64,000 nt of DNA from Podarcis pityusensis (GCA_964106645.2 OZ067039.1), one strand, 5' to 3'; positions 37,109 through 49,943 are shown, counted from the stretch's first letter. The notes: generated from the sequence alone by a model not told the origin. Translations and numbers: made by a program.

Positions 37109-37701
37109 CTTGAAGCCAAGCCTCTCTCACCTCCAAACAAGCTGCAAAATCCAACAGCTGTTTTTTCCTTTCTCACGCAGCAAACTGCAAATTGTTTACG
37201 CTCTTTGCACCTGGCAGCTAAACTCAGGCTGCTATTGAAAAGTCCCTTTCAAGAGCTCGTAAACCTTGTAGCCAAAACATTCTCTGGTTTTGTTTCGCTT
37301 TCCCAGGCTTACACGCAGAGTCCAGCCCCTTTGCCAGTAATTTTCCAGGACCGTTACCTAGCAACAATGCATTTCAGTAGGACATCTTATCTACCACAAA
37401 AATTTGTGGAATTTCAGGCTTCAGCCTTCAAGCTGCAGGCCTCTTCCTCCGGAGCTTTTGTTTTCTTTGAAACGCAGCTCCGTGAACCAGGGAATTAATC
37501 TTCCTGCGTTCACACTTTTAGCCCGAAATGCAGCATACCTTGAACTCCGTTGCTCTGGAAAACACCTCTTCTTTCCACCAGCTGTCTGTGGAGCCTCTGG
37601 CTACTTTCAGACGCTTGCCTTCCTCCTTGGAGCAGAGGAGGACAATCCATCAGCCTCTCATGCAGATGTCCGATGAATCACAACCATCCGAAGGCTGCCA
37701 C

Positions 37702-38177
37702 TGTTGGAATTCTGCCTGGGTCAGAGGAATGTGCCACAACGTAGGCACCGGCAGATATTCCTGTCGACCTCCCCGCGTCTCCCAACCTCTGCTGATAAGC
37801 AGGCGAGGTCCGGCGATTCTTCTCAGATGTATGAGAGGAACACACCGTTCTTCCTCTCTCCCCTTTGGTGTCCCCAGGGAGGGGAAAGAAGCAGACAGAA
37901 AACTATTTACATCATTTATTTCTGCCTCTTACATCAGTACAGAGAATCATGTCTGCACTCAACAACAGCAAGAAGAAAACTCCTCCCAAGTACATCCAGT
38001 ACGGGTCATATGACACACACACACACTGAGCTAACATCCGGTGCTCAGTACAGAATGGACTGCCCCTTTGTTCCCATGGCAACAGTCACAAACATCCTGT
38101 CTGGCTTTCCAGCCACAAGCAGCTGGCTGAGCTGCTGGAGCCTTTGCTTGCTGCAGCATTGGTGCTTTATGGTAACA
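37702..38177 (-). repeat. 5' LTR
   Basis: No difference from 34116-34591 seen by eye. Contains AATAAA on the minus strand. Confidence 0.95.
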
Positions 38178-40508
38178 AATATACCTGCCATAGAATTCTA
38201 GCCCATGCTGAACTGTTTTTCTAACTGAAGCCACTCAAACACTTTGGAGCCTACTGTAATTACAGCAGTGGGCATGTTCTTGGTTGGGCAAACCAGGAAC
38301 ACAAAAACCCTGCTACAAATGAGAAACAAAATTATTCCGAAATATTTCCACCTTTGTGCATAGTAACAGAGGAGAAGGAGTATCTTATGGGTGCAGAGTT
38401 TGTAAAATATGGTTCAACACAGGGAGTCTAAATCCTATTATTCACATTAGCCAAGGAGCAATCTTGTTTCTACTTTTCATTTACTTTTCCTATTAAGGCA
38501 AGGGTTGTCAGACTTGGACATCTCTCACAGCACTTTCTTATGGCTATAACTTGTTTCTTTCACAGTACTTACAAGGCTGTCATGGTTGAAAGTATGTGCT
38601 TTAATTTCTTCCAGTATTGATTCATTCTATGAGCAGAGTAAGGGATTTTCAGTAAATTGCTTAATAACAATGAAGTGCAAAATGCTGATCTCTTTCTTCC
38701 ATGTCTGTTTTTCATAGCCCCTGTTTCCTTGCAGAAAACATTCATGCCCCAGGAAATTTAAGAAAAATTGTGTTCCTTTAAAAACACCACCACAAAAACT
38801 GCTTTCTTTGTTTTAAAAATGCAGCATAACTGATTGAAACCAAATAGTGTGTTGTTTCTATCTAGAGTTATTATGGATTCTGGCACATTATAAGAATGTG
38901 TCATTCATCTTCAAGAGCAGTGCTCAACAATACCCAATCTCAGGTACTCACTTGGTAGAAAATATAAGAAGGGTGTTGAATTATTCTTCCTGGAGAAAAC
39001 AGTTCATAATAATCGCTTTCTGGGTTCCTCCTGACTTTGAATGCTACCTAATTGAGAAAATGAAGTGAATTAATTAATACATGCAGGGACCCAGGTGAGC
39101 TCCTTAGTCAGAGAAATTGACTGAGGAAATTTTAATCAATTTTTGACTGTCTGTGAAAAATACAAATTAAAAGAATGCCAAGGTGATTTCACTGGGACAG
39201 CCGCTAATCTGAGCAAAAGATTTGTACAAACTGGTAATCTGGGAGTTTTATGTAGCTAGCTTCCTCAACACTCCTGACCCCTAAGTACTTGGTTGGCACT
39301 ATCAGTTGAGGGCCTGAAGTTGGGCCTGAAGACCATAAGCAAAACAAGGGAAGGGACCTAATAATTAGCAAAAGACCCACCCCCTCAGCCCTCTGTTTCG
39401 TTCCTTAATCACTGCATGCAGTGGCTGATAACACACCACGCCAAAGGTGGGAATTCCTTCAGCATGCAAATCTGTTCTTTTGGCTCCCAAGACTCTTACA
39501 GATCTTGCGGAATGTTAAACTATCACAATTAATATGGAGAGAGGCAACTAATGCTGATTCTACTCAGCCCTGATCCTCATAGTTTAAGTTCAATCATCCG
39601 GTTCCATGGGAGCTTGAGGCTCACAGGGGAAGCAGGTGATGTCCTGAGAAGGTCAGTTCAAAGTAAAGGACAGAACCTAGGACTGGGTCTTACTGGCTAG
39701 AGCATTCTCCTTCTGGACAATGGCGATGTTCTGAAATCCCCATGTCCCCATCAGATCTACTGCATGTTGTGCCAGGAAATTCTAATGTATCATTATGTCC
39801 TCCCTCAAGGTGATCGGCTATTGGCAGAAGGGATGTGAAACCACCACTGCAGTGTGGGAGCTTTGCTGCCTTAAGAGTCCCAAAGTGCTTTATGCTTACT
39901 GTTTCCAAGGTAGACTTCAGACTCTCCCATAGCACACCAGTTTGTGCCACTGCACAGTTTGGGGACTTATTGTTCCCATTTGCTCTCCTTTCTGTCATAG
40001 GCTTCCCACGTTAAGATTTGGTGAGTTACTAAAAAATGCCTTTTAGTAAAGACCCAAGATGACAGTTGTTTGGAAGAGCAGACGTGTTCTCTTCCTCACC
40101 TTAGGAACAAAACCTTTAGGAAGAATTCCTTAGATGGGAAATTATGCTTCTGTGATCTCTGAGTATCAAATGAACCAAGGATCCCTAGTGCTCTCTATGC
40201 GCACCTCATTCGTAAGCACATAACATATATAGTTGTATTTACAGCAGCATAGTTGCTGTTGATCAGACATCTTAAAGAATGAATTTGTAGCTGATTGTCT
40301 GCAACTTTGGTCACATGTCACTGTTTAATATTAGAGAGTGAGAGTGTGGTTTTCCTTTCCACGCGAATGGGGGAAAAGTTCAGTGGATGTGGTCACAGTC
40401 CTTATGTGCCCTCATGTTCCTTCAGCCAGTAAATGTCAGTTTAAAGGATTTAATGCCTAGTGTTGCAGAATTATCCTTTTTTTAAAGGGGGGTATAGTAG
40501 ATTAGAAG

Positions 40509-40866
40509 GGGACGTGGGTGGCGCTGTGGGTTAAACCACAGAGCCTAGGGCTTGCCGATCAGAAGGTCGTCGGTTCGAATCCCCACGATGGGGTGAGCTC
40601 CCGTTGCTCTGTCCCAGCTCCTGCCAACCTAGCAGTTCAAAAGCATGTCAGACTGCAAATAGATAAATAGGTACCGCTGCGGCGGGAAGGTAAACGGCGT
40701 TTCCATGCGCTGCTCTGGTTTGCCAGAAGTGGCTTAGTCATGCTAAGGAAGTCATGACCCGGAAGCTGTACGCTGGCTCCCTTGGCCAATAAAGCGAGAT
40801 GAGCGCCGCAACCCCAGAGTCGGCCACGACTAGACCTAATGGTCAGGGGTCCCTTTACCTTTACCT
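40509..40866 (+). mobile_element. Sauria SINE, full length
   Basis: Full head to tail, TSD TAGTAGATTAGAAG (40495-40508) / TAGCAGATTAGAAG (40920-40933). Confidence 0.92.
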
Positions 40867-40872
40867 TAGCAG

Positions 40873-40917
40873 ATACTCTGGCTTCTCCTCAGATCGTATA
40901 AATCTTTCGCCTTTTAC
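40873..40917 (+). pseudogene. RNU5: 3'-truncated U5 snRNA retrocopy (nt 1-45)
   Basis: ATACTCTGGCTTCTCCTCAGATCGTATAAATCTTTCGCCTTTTAC matches the vertebrate U5 5' end through invariant loop 1 (GCCUUUUAC). Flanked by a CTTAGCAG duplication. Confidence 0.88.
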
Positions 40918-41406
40918 CTTAGCAGATTAGAAGAGGAACCACGTGGTTGCCTCAGCAATGGTGAACATGCTTATTGTGATGGAGTTTTGTTTAATTGCTG
41001 TCAGGAACAGTACAGTACTTATAGTTGGGCACCACTGTCTCAATCTGCCCTCTCTCTCTTCTTAACGGAGTTCCCAAACTGACAGTTTGTACTGGACAGA
41101 GGGAAGTGGCACGAAACAGATGACCGCCCCCCCCCCAAAAAAAACTTGCACGACCACCACAACCCGTCCACACAGAAACTGGGCGGCCAATGCTTATATA
41201 TACACATGCCACACAAACATGGAAGGTCCAGCCCATCTTGAACTTTCTCAAATTTTTGTTGTTTTTTGCAGTAGACAAAAAAGTGTTGGTTTTTTAAAAA
41301 AACACCATTATTCCAAAATATTAGCTGAATAAAGACAATGTTGTGTGTCAGCATACAATTATAGCACTATAAATTGTAAGTGCAGAAATGCCCTTCATTT
41401 GCCAGC

Positions 41407-41408
<2 letters not shown>

Positions 41409-41448
<40 letters not shown>
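41409..41448 (+). repeat. (CA)20 microsatellite
   Basis: Direct reading. Confidence 0.95.
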
Positions 41449-41450
<2 letters not shown>

Positions 41451-43359
41451 TGGACTTCCACCCACATTGCCTAGCTCATCATTGCAGTGCTGCCACCCAC
41501 TTCTTTTATATCTGGTATAGAAAGGGAGATGAAAGCCATTCACTTTGAATGCCTTGGCCTGAATAGGATTCACGATAGCAGTTGCCTTTCAGACTGGGTA
41601 AACAAGCAAGGCTTTTTATAGCAATTAGGCCAAAGTAGGGGGGAAAAACATATCCGCATACCCATACACCAAAAGCCTGATTCTTATTGTTAACACAATA
41701 TATCCTGGGGATAACTTAAAACACACAGGGTGCCATTTAAGGCCATCATTCAGGATGCTGGTTAGCCATGTATATATCTTATTGCAGGGTTAAATATTTG
41801 GGTTTGGAATCAGGGCAACGCCATCAATTTGCGGATGGCGACACTCAAATGCCTGCAAACAATCGATAAGGGAAGGAGGAGAATTTCATTTGGTGTACAT
41901 TTTTAGTTCTTCTTTTATTATTTGCATGATATATACAGGCAATGAAAAATTTATATAAGGTATATATTACAATATATTACAATATATTAAAGAGAGACAG
42001 AGATAATAACAGTACAATAATTAAATAGCATAGAAATGTATGTCTAAAATTAATACTCAAGACATACATGTAGTTATAGTTTGAAATATTCTTACAATAA
42101 ACAGTTAAAAGTTTGTTTTCACCTTTTTTGTAAGATACGTATCTTTTCTTTTTAAAATACTCCTATAATCTCAATCTCTCTCTCTCCGTGTGTGTGTATG
42201 TGTCTACCCTCCCTAATTATAAGAGTGCTGCTTGCTTATTAATTAAAGATTAACCACTTAGCCAGCTGATTTGGTCTGCAGTTTAAAGCAAACTGACCTC
42301 AGACACATCTTTTGGACTGATACGTGGATCAGAATGTAATTATCCTTCACACTTCAGATTTTGTAATACTGTTCTTGGTTCAAAAAATGCACTAAACTGC
42401 ATAGTAGGAATATATATATATTTAGGATAAGGTAATGTTTAGAAAATTATCCACTGAAATTAAATACCGGTACCAGATAAAATATGCAAGCATATATAAA
42501 TACAAATTTGCATATAAACTTATTTTAAAATGTCCATCCCTACAACCAGTCAAGAAGGAGTAATCACAGCATCTATTTAGTGCTTTGGAGCTGTGGTCAG
42601 TTGGATGAAGGTGAGCAAGTTGCAACTGAATCCAGAGAAGACAGATGTAATAGCACCTTCACTCGGCTGGGGATCCATGTGCTCTAAGGAGGGCTAAGGT
42701 TGCCACAGATTAGTAGTGTCTCCCCTTCCCTAATGAGATCAGGTTTGCAGTCTAAGAGAGCTACTGGACTCTGCATTGTGTGTGAAAATCCCTCAAGGCA
42801 GGGACACCAGCAGTGCATTATTACCAGTGGCGTTCTCATCCCTTCCTAGAGCAAAGGGGCCTAGCAATCTTTATTATCTGTGTAAACTAAGCTAAAGTAT
42901 TGACAAGACAGGACAAAGGGGACCTGTGGTTAGGGAGTAGAAACAAGAACTTGGCTTGCACTACCCGACAGGGTTTAGAGATCTTGGGCTCCTGACCTCT
43001 GCAGAGGCTGGGGACCTGTTATAAGGAGATTTCAACTGGTGGCGCTCAGTGTGACACAATGGTTGGCTAGGCTGCTAGAGTGACCGTGGAGCAAGACTAG
43101 GAATGAATTCAGCTGAACATTGGTTAGAGCTCATTTTAGACCTGTTTTTGCAACAGCGAAGAAATCACACTTCGCCATCACCATTGCCCTGCTGTGTTGG
43201 CTTGGCCAGAGGAGTTATTCCAAGTAGTGAAGGAATTCTTGCAGGAGGAACCCTTGGCAGCTTACTGGAACTATTATGCACAGCACATTGCAAGTACACA
43301 CTAGCTCTGTCTTGCTCCACATTGAGAACAGGATCTATGATGGTGAGAGGCGGCTGCTT

Positions 43360-44030
43360 TTCTGTTTTGTTGGATAGCTTTCAGCGTGCACAGCCTCAGA
43401 ACGTGGGCAGCTTGCTCAAAGGACTGAGGCCAACTACTTTCTTGTTTGATCCATGTCCATATTGCCTGATTAAGCTGCCAGAGGAAGACAGGCCAGATGG
43501 GTGGTTGAGGTTGTAAATCTATCTCCAGAGGAGAACAATAATCCTGTGGCAATAAAGGAAGTAGTTGTACTGCATTTAGTTTACATGCCCTCATTTGATT
43601 CTACCATGCAGGGTAATTCCTGGCTACTCTCTAATTTGTTTAGTTTGAGGAAGGCGGTAGAGTGGTAACTACACAACTCCCAAGCTTTGTTGAAGAAAAG
43701 TGATTGTTTAGATTCTTTCCCATCTGGATTCCAACCTAGTTTTGGACTGAAATTACTTTGGTTGCCCTTTGAAGATGACCTTCACCAGGAGCTAGCCGGG
43801 GGAGTGTAACATTTTGGTGCTGGTGAACCTTTTAGCAGCTTTCAGTACCATTAACTCTGATATCCTTCTGGGACTTCTGGCTGACATCGGACTGCGAGGA
43901 ACTCTGTTGCAATGACTCTAGTCCTATAAGGCTGGACATACCAAGAACAGTGGTGCTTGGCTCCATGACTATGGGGTTCCTCAAGGTCCCATCCTTTTCC
44001 CCATGCTATTTAACATCCATGTGAATCTTT
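43360..44030 (+). mobile_element. Old L2 ORF2 (RT) remnant
   Basis: LRPTT..FDPCP..LIK, then degenerate LDPFQSGF and GVPQG motifs. Confidence 0.65.
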
Positions 44031-46049
44031 CATCTGCACCTATGAATACTAGGCATATGTTCTTGCAGAGGAATGTAACTCTTCTGAAAGGATATCTACA
44101 CACATATCAAGATATCAAAAATTATAACTTTGGCAGTCTTTGGTAGTATGGGCCATTTCTTTAGCCAGGGGATGGGAAACCTATGGCCCTCCCAGATGTT
44201 GTTGAAACTCCAAACTCCCAGCAGTACCAGATAGGAGGGCTCATGCATCTGCAGGGCCAAATGTTTCCCCTACCCTGCTCTAGGCCAATGCATATAGATA
44301 CCAAGGGCTGCTGCAACAGCCAACAAAATAATTTTAATAGGCTGGAAATTAACTCTATTCCCTTGATTTACTCATAGCTGAACCAGATGGCAGCCTTAAC
44401 CACAAGAGAAAGAAACAGGGAGAGGGAGGGAGAGAGAGAATTGTTTATTGGAAGCATAATAAAGAAAGTACTTAAACTGAAATATAGACTTAGTTCTTAG
44501 AGTGCTTTGGAGAAGAACTGGAAGTAGAATGAAGTATGTGACCTTTAAAAAAGGGTACATCCTAGTCTTGGTCTAGCACACCTGAAAAGGTGAGCCTATG
44601 CGTCCTTTGATATGGGGTGGACTACTCCAAATTCTCTTATGCAAAGGTAGTGAAGTAAGCCTTACTTTTCAGAGCGCACTATCTGTAGGGATCTGTCTTT
44701 CCCTTTAGAATGAATCACAAAGCTTTTCTGCTTTTAAAAGTGCTCAGAGACTGATTATCTTATAGCAAGCCTCACGCCTCCCCTCTCATTGACACTCACA
44801 CAGATACCCACTCCCCACCCCCCATAGCAGTTACTTCATTTTTAATGGTCATTTGCCATCAAGAAAATCCTTGGTCTCCTTGAATAGGTGAACAGATGTT
44901 CCATGTAGATGCCAGAGAACCAAGAAGCATCACTGTTGCCACCTTCCTAAAGATATGTGAAGTGCCAGAATTTAAATTTCTGAAAGCTATCCAAAGGAAA
45001 AGTTTTCAACACTTCCTCCCGCTCCTGAGATACTTTGCAACTTTGCAATTTAGTTTTGAATGTAAACAGGTGATTCAATTTCACAGTTCCTGACAGAATG
45101 TTTGTTTTCAACAAAACTTACTTTCTGGGCCAGCAAGAATTTGGAATGGTCCCAGTGGCTTGCATTTACCTCTCCTAGAAATACACATTTTCTCCTCTGA
45201 AATGCAAATTTTCTCACTTTAAAAGAACACTTCTGTCTCCTACATTCTATGGAAAAAATAAATAAAGATAGGAAAAAGTCTTGTATCCAGAGAAATAAAC
45301 ATGAACAGAATTATTAATCACCTCCTCTTAGGAGCTCTTCATTTCTTGTCAGAAGTAAACATACAATTGTCCTATTGCAAAGAGTCCCCCACCCCCACCC
45401 CTGACTTGACTCCCTCCCTCCCCCAGGACAGATCAGTCTATTAAGTTTCGCCAAAGAACATGATTATATTATTTCTATAACTTAAAAAACGAACGACTAG
45501 TAGTAAATATACCACACTAACCACTGGGGAAGTGTGACTAGTTTCACACCAAAATTCCTACTGGAGCTGCTAGATTTCAAGTCAGGTTATATTTAGCAAC
45601 ATACCATTGTTATGTGACATTCTGTCAAGTGATCAAAGCTCTGTCAAACAATTACTGTGCAGAAGATAAAAGATGCTGGAGAAAATGTTATTTTTGTGAT
45701 AGCATTTTGCCCGCAGTCTTGCTTCAATTTAAGCACCTCTGCTCTTCAAACTACAGGCACAAAGAGGTAGCCAGTTCCACCAATTAAAGGCAAAAACTCA
45801 TTCCACACAAGCCAAACCTGGCAGCATGCACTGTGCACCCAGTTGTGTTAAAAAAGACACTGAGTAGACATACATGTTAAAACATTTTAGTCTGCTTTTC
45901 CACCAAAGGCTTTCAAGTCAACATAAAAGACAAAAGTAATTTAAAAAATGCAACAATATTGATCAATATACACAAAAAGAACTTAACATAAATCTGCAGC
46001 AACATAGCACCAGAATAGCAAACTAAAGAGAAAATAAAAACGACTCCAA

Positions 46050-46300
46050 TCCAAAGGACTGATTAAACAAAGCAGATTTAACTGAATATCTGAACACCTG
46101 TAAAGTGGGGGACCCTGGGACAGCTAGGCACCACTACCAAAAAGATCCTGCCCCACTACATCGACAAGTGGAGGTGGGACACAGAGCTGGACCTTTGCTG
46201 AAGATCTCAACTGATGGGCAGGTTCATGTGGCAGAAGCCTGACATTTAAATATCCTGATCCCAAACTATTCAGAGCTTTGAAGATAATGATCAGCCTTTT
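46050..46300 (-). mobile_element. L2 fragment
   Basis: LIIIFKALNSLGSGYL...LRSS. Confidence 0.6.
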
Positions 46301-47975
46301 GCAGGGCTCCTGGTTCATTTCCTAACACAATTCAAATTAATGGAGTTGATTGAACCATTGAACCATGCCATGAACTTCTGAGAGCAATCTGGTTGCAGGG
46401 TTATTTATATACCAGCTACATTTTCTAGACACTTTCAGAAGACCACATTACAAGAAATAAGCAAACCTAGTTCTTTGGAAAGTATGAGAGTTGTAACTCA
46501 GTAGGGACTCGGGATCCATAACAGCACCTCTTCCAACTACGATTTGCATCATCCCCCCCCCCCCCGGGGTATTGTGCTGTTGGAGGATGAGACATCAAGT
46601 GTATAGAAGGCAGGGTATAAATGATAAATAAATAAAGAGCCAGTGTAGTGTAATGGTTAGAGTATTGGACTGTGACCAGGGAAAGCAGGGTTCAAATCCC
46701 TTATGCTAGGTAGGACAACCAAACCCCCCTGTCCAGTACAGCCCCCCCCCCCATGCCCCCCTCCGATACTCCTTAGTATGGAAGGGGGAGAAGTTCAATT
46801 CAGTTCAACTCGGTTCACATTTAAAAGTGAACTTCCCTGCTTTGCAGTTTCCAAAATGATATGCAAACCAAAACACAGTCTTCCTTTGGAAATCTCACTT
46901 TTCTGAATACTGAAGTACAGTTCTCCAGTCCAGTATTCCGTACAAAAAGTGCATCTTCTAGTGTAAAGTGTGCATGTTAATGCATATAACAGTAAAAAAT
47001 AACATACAAAAATGCAGTCTGTTGAGGGAAATTGCCTTGCAATGGCAACACGGCATATAAGAATGTGTATATTAATAAAAATTTGAACTAAAATACTGTG
47101 CTGATGAATTTTTCATGAGGACTTAAAAACACACACCAAACAAACTGGTGTAGGAGTGTAGAGAACGGAACTGAATAGTGGAATAAATAAAAAAGGGAAA
47201 GAACCTGAAATTGGCATATTCACCCATCACTGCACCTGAGGGATGGTAACCATATGGAACAGTATATGATACGGTGCTGAGAGCTGCAGTAGATGGGGGC
47301 AGGGAGAAATCAGCAAAAAGCTGATGCCCGTTCCTTACATAAGTTGAAGTGCTTTCTGCTAACACAAAGCCACCATTGGCTACAATTCTATATATTTCCT
47401 CATAAAATTCAGGTTTGTACACTGAGATTGCAAAACAATACTTGGACATTTGTCACATATCACGTAACTTGTTGGAGATGATTGTGTGGAAAGTGGCTTT
47501 GACAGAGGCACAGCAAGGAAGGGGGAAATGCAGGAGGAGAAGCAAAACAACATTTTGGAAGCAGTAAGAGATATGAGCTATAAGAAAAGCACTAATAACC
47601 AAAGAGGAAAATAGTAAAGGACACTGTGCAATGCAGAACACATTGGTTTTGATTTATTGTAATATTGCATTTTTAGATAATTGCAGCCACCCTACGGGCA
47701 GGTAATAAATCTAAATAGCAGTAGTAGTGGCAATTGGTAATGACAGGGCAACCCTCCATTTCAGCACCAATCTTGCAAGGTAGGCTAACAGCCCTGAGGA
47801 ACCCAGCCTAGTCCTTCCTCTCTGCTGCTGTCAACCACTCACATGTCCCTAGGGCAAGGGGATGGGCAAGATTCCTACCTCACTATGGTGGTTTTCTTGA
47901 GAGTAGGGGAGCAGCCAGCTGAATTCCAGCTTCACCTTGTCTGCAGTACCACATGTTTTAACAATCTGTGCACTG

Positions 47976-48218
47976 GAGAGCCAGTGTGGTGTAGTGGTTA
48001 AGAGCGGTAGACTCGTAATCTGGTGAACTGGGTTCGATTCCCCGCTCCTTCACATGCAATTGCTGTGTGACCTTGGGCTAGTCACACTTCTCTGAAGTCT
48101 CTCAGCCTCATTCACCTCACAGAGTGTTGTGGGGGAGGAAGGGAAAGGAGAATGTTAGCCGCTTTGAGACTCCTTAGGGTAGTGATAAAGCGGGATATCA
48201 AATTCAAACTCTTCTTCT
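47976..48218 (+). mobile_element. Squam3-type tRNA-derived SINE
   Basis: GAGAGCCAGTGTGGTGTAGTGGTT head, B-box GGTTCGATTCC, (CTT)n tail, AACAATCTGTGCAC duplication at 47960-47973 and 48245-48258. Confidence 0.8.
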
Positions 48219-48251
48219 AAAAAACCCCCCCACCCCCCAAAAAAAACAATC

Positions 48252-48426
48252 TGTGCACCGCTCTGGTTTTGCCAGAAGCGATTTAGTCATGCTGGCCACA
48301 TGACCCTGAAAAACTGTCTGTGGACAAACGTCGGCTCCCTTGGCCAGTAAAGCGAGATCAGCGCCGCAACCCTAGAGTCGTTTGCGACTGGACCTAACTG
48401 TCAGGGGTCCTTTACTTTTACTTTTT
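48252..48426 (+). mobile_element. Sauria SINE 3' fragment
   Basis: TTAGTCATGCTGGCCACATGACC...GGGGTCCTTTAC. Confidence 0.85.
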
Positions 48427-49719
48427 AGTGTAGCAGCCCAAGCAGCCTAAACACGTGGGAGTTTAATTGGTGTGTGCAGAAACCAATACAGCCCAGAAAT
48501 CCAATTAAACAGTTCATTCCAAAAGGAGTCAATGCAAAAAAAAGGAAGGAGGAGAAATAGCAAGCATGCAGGTCAAAATGGAAATAAAACACTGCAATCA
48601 GGATATTGGTCTAACTAATCCTACACTTAATTCAGACTAACACAGAATAATTTACACTTATTGGTCAAGCTTCAGGCATCAGTTGAAGGTTGCGAGATTC
48701 AAGAGGAAGAATTCAGCACTATGGTGGGAAACCTTTGGCCCCGTTTCCTACATCTTCCAATAATTTTAAACATTGATTTTATTGTGGACTTTCTGTGTTT
48801 TATAATAACTATTGTTGCAAACTGCTCTGAGAGTTCCTTGGGGCTACATAAACTGGGATGTAAATTTTAATTAAATTAGACATTCAGTGTATATCTTAAC
48901 ACCACAGACTTAAACTGCTTTCAAAGCCATTTCCTCTCATCAGGGAATCCTGGCATATGTATTTGCTGTGACAGGAGTTCGGGATCTCTGACAGGATTTT
49001 CAACACCCCTTTTCGAACCAAAATTCTGAGGAAGCCATGACAGGATTAAAATGGATTAAAAAAATTATAGTGCGGTTAGGCTCTCAGAATGACCGTAAAG
49101 CTATTCTTAACCTTATTTAATTTGTGAATGCAAATAAATAACAACGTGATTAGAGGGGGGAATATAATAAGGAAATGATACAGAGAAGAGCATCTGTTTA
49201 ATCAATCATAAGTAATTTATTCAAAGTGTATGTTTATAAAGACAAGGCTGAATATCTGTATCGTATCCTATACACGCTCAGTTGACGATAATCTCCATTG
49301 AACTCAGTGGGATGTGTTGCTGAGGAGATGTGAATAGGATCATGCAGTTAGATATTCAGGTAGGGTAATCTGGTGCATCTCTCAGTTCAAACATTATGCT
49401 GAAAACAATTCTCTAAATAATATATCTGCTTTGTTGGTACCTAATGCTGAACCTTAGCGTGAATGCACAAGTATGCAGGTATCCAGAAGGAAAATTGCAG
49501 ACTCTTTGCTTCTCCTTCAGTTCTGCTGCCACTGTGCTACCTTGGAGCTAAATTATGGTTTGACTGAGCATTACAGATGAACCTTGGCCCATGGTTTGTT
49601 CCCCCCCAAACTATGAGCAGTAACTTGCTCCCAGAATAAGGATGTTATTTTTAGTTTAGCTTGGCAATTGTATTTGTTTAGTTTCTACTGCAAGTACCTA
49701 AACTGCAATAGCCTGAGGA

Positions 49720-49857
49720 TAGGTCAGCTGGCTACAGCGTGGTGTCAATAACGCCAAGGTTGCAGGTTCGATCCCCATATGGGACAGCTGCCTATTCCTG
49801 CATTGCAGGGGATTGGACCAGGTGATTCTCAGGGTCCTTTCCAACTCTATAATTCTG
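49720..49857 (+). mobile_element. tRNA-derived SINE with CR1-type 3' tail
   Basis: B-box GGTTCGATCCC followed by a CR1-like 3' end. Confidence 0.7.
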
Positions 49858-49943
49858 AGCTAATGACAGCTGCAAATATCTATCTTGCCTGTTCTCTCTA
49901 AGCCGTAGTTCAGCTTAGTGTTAAACTGGGCCAAGGTCTATTT

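Larger units (their letters stand above)
34116..38177 (-). mobile_element. Ty1/Copia-type LTR retrotransposon, non-autonomous (no RT/RNase H), recent insertion
   Basis: Two 476-bp TGTT...AACA LTRs, AATAT TSD (34111-34115 and 38178-38182), PPT next to the left LTR, Gag-PR-IN order. Confidence 0.95.

Noticed and set aside
47976-48050. tRNA-like sequence with A and B boxes (also near 46636-46700)
   Set aside because: SINE heads, not tRNA genes
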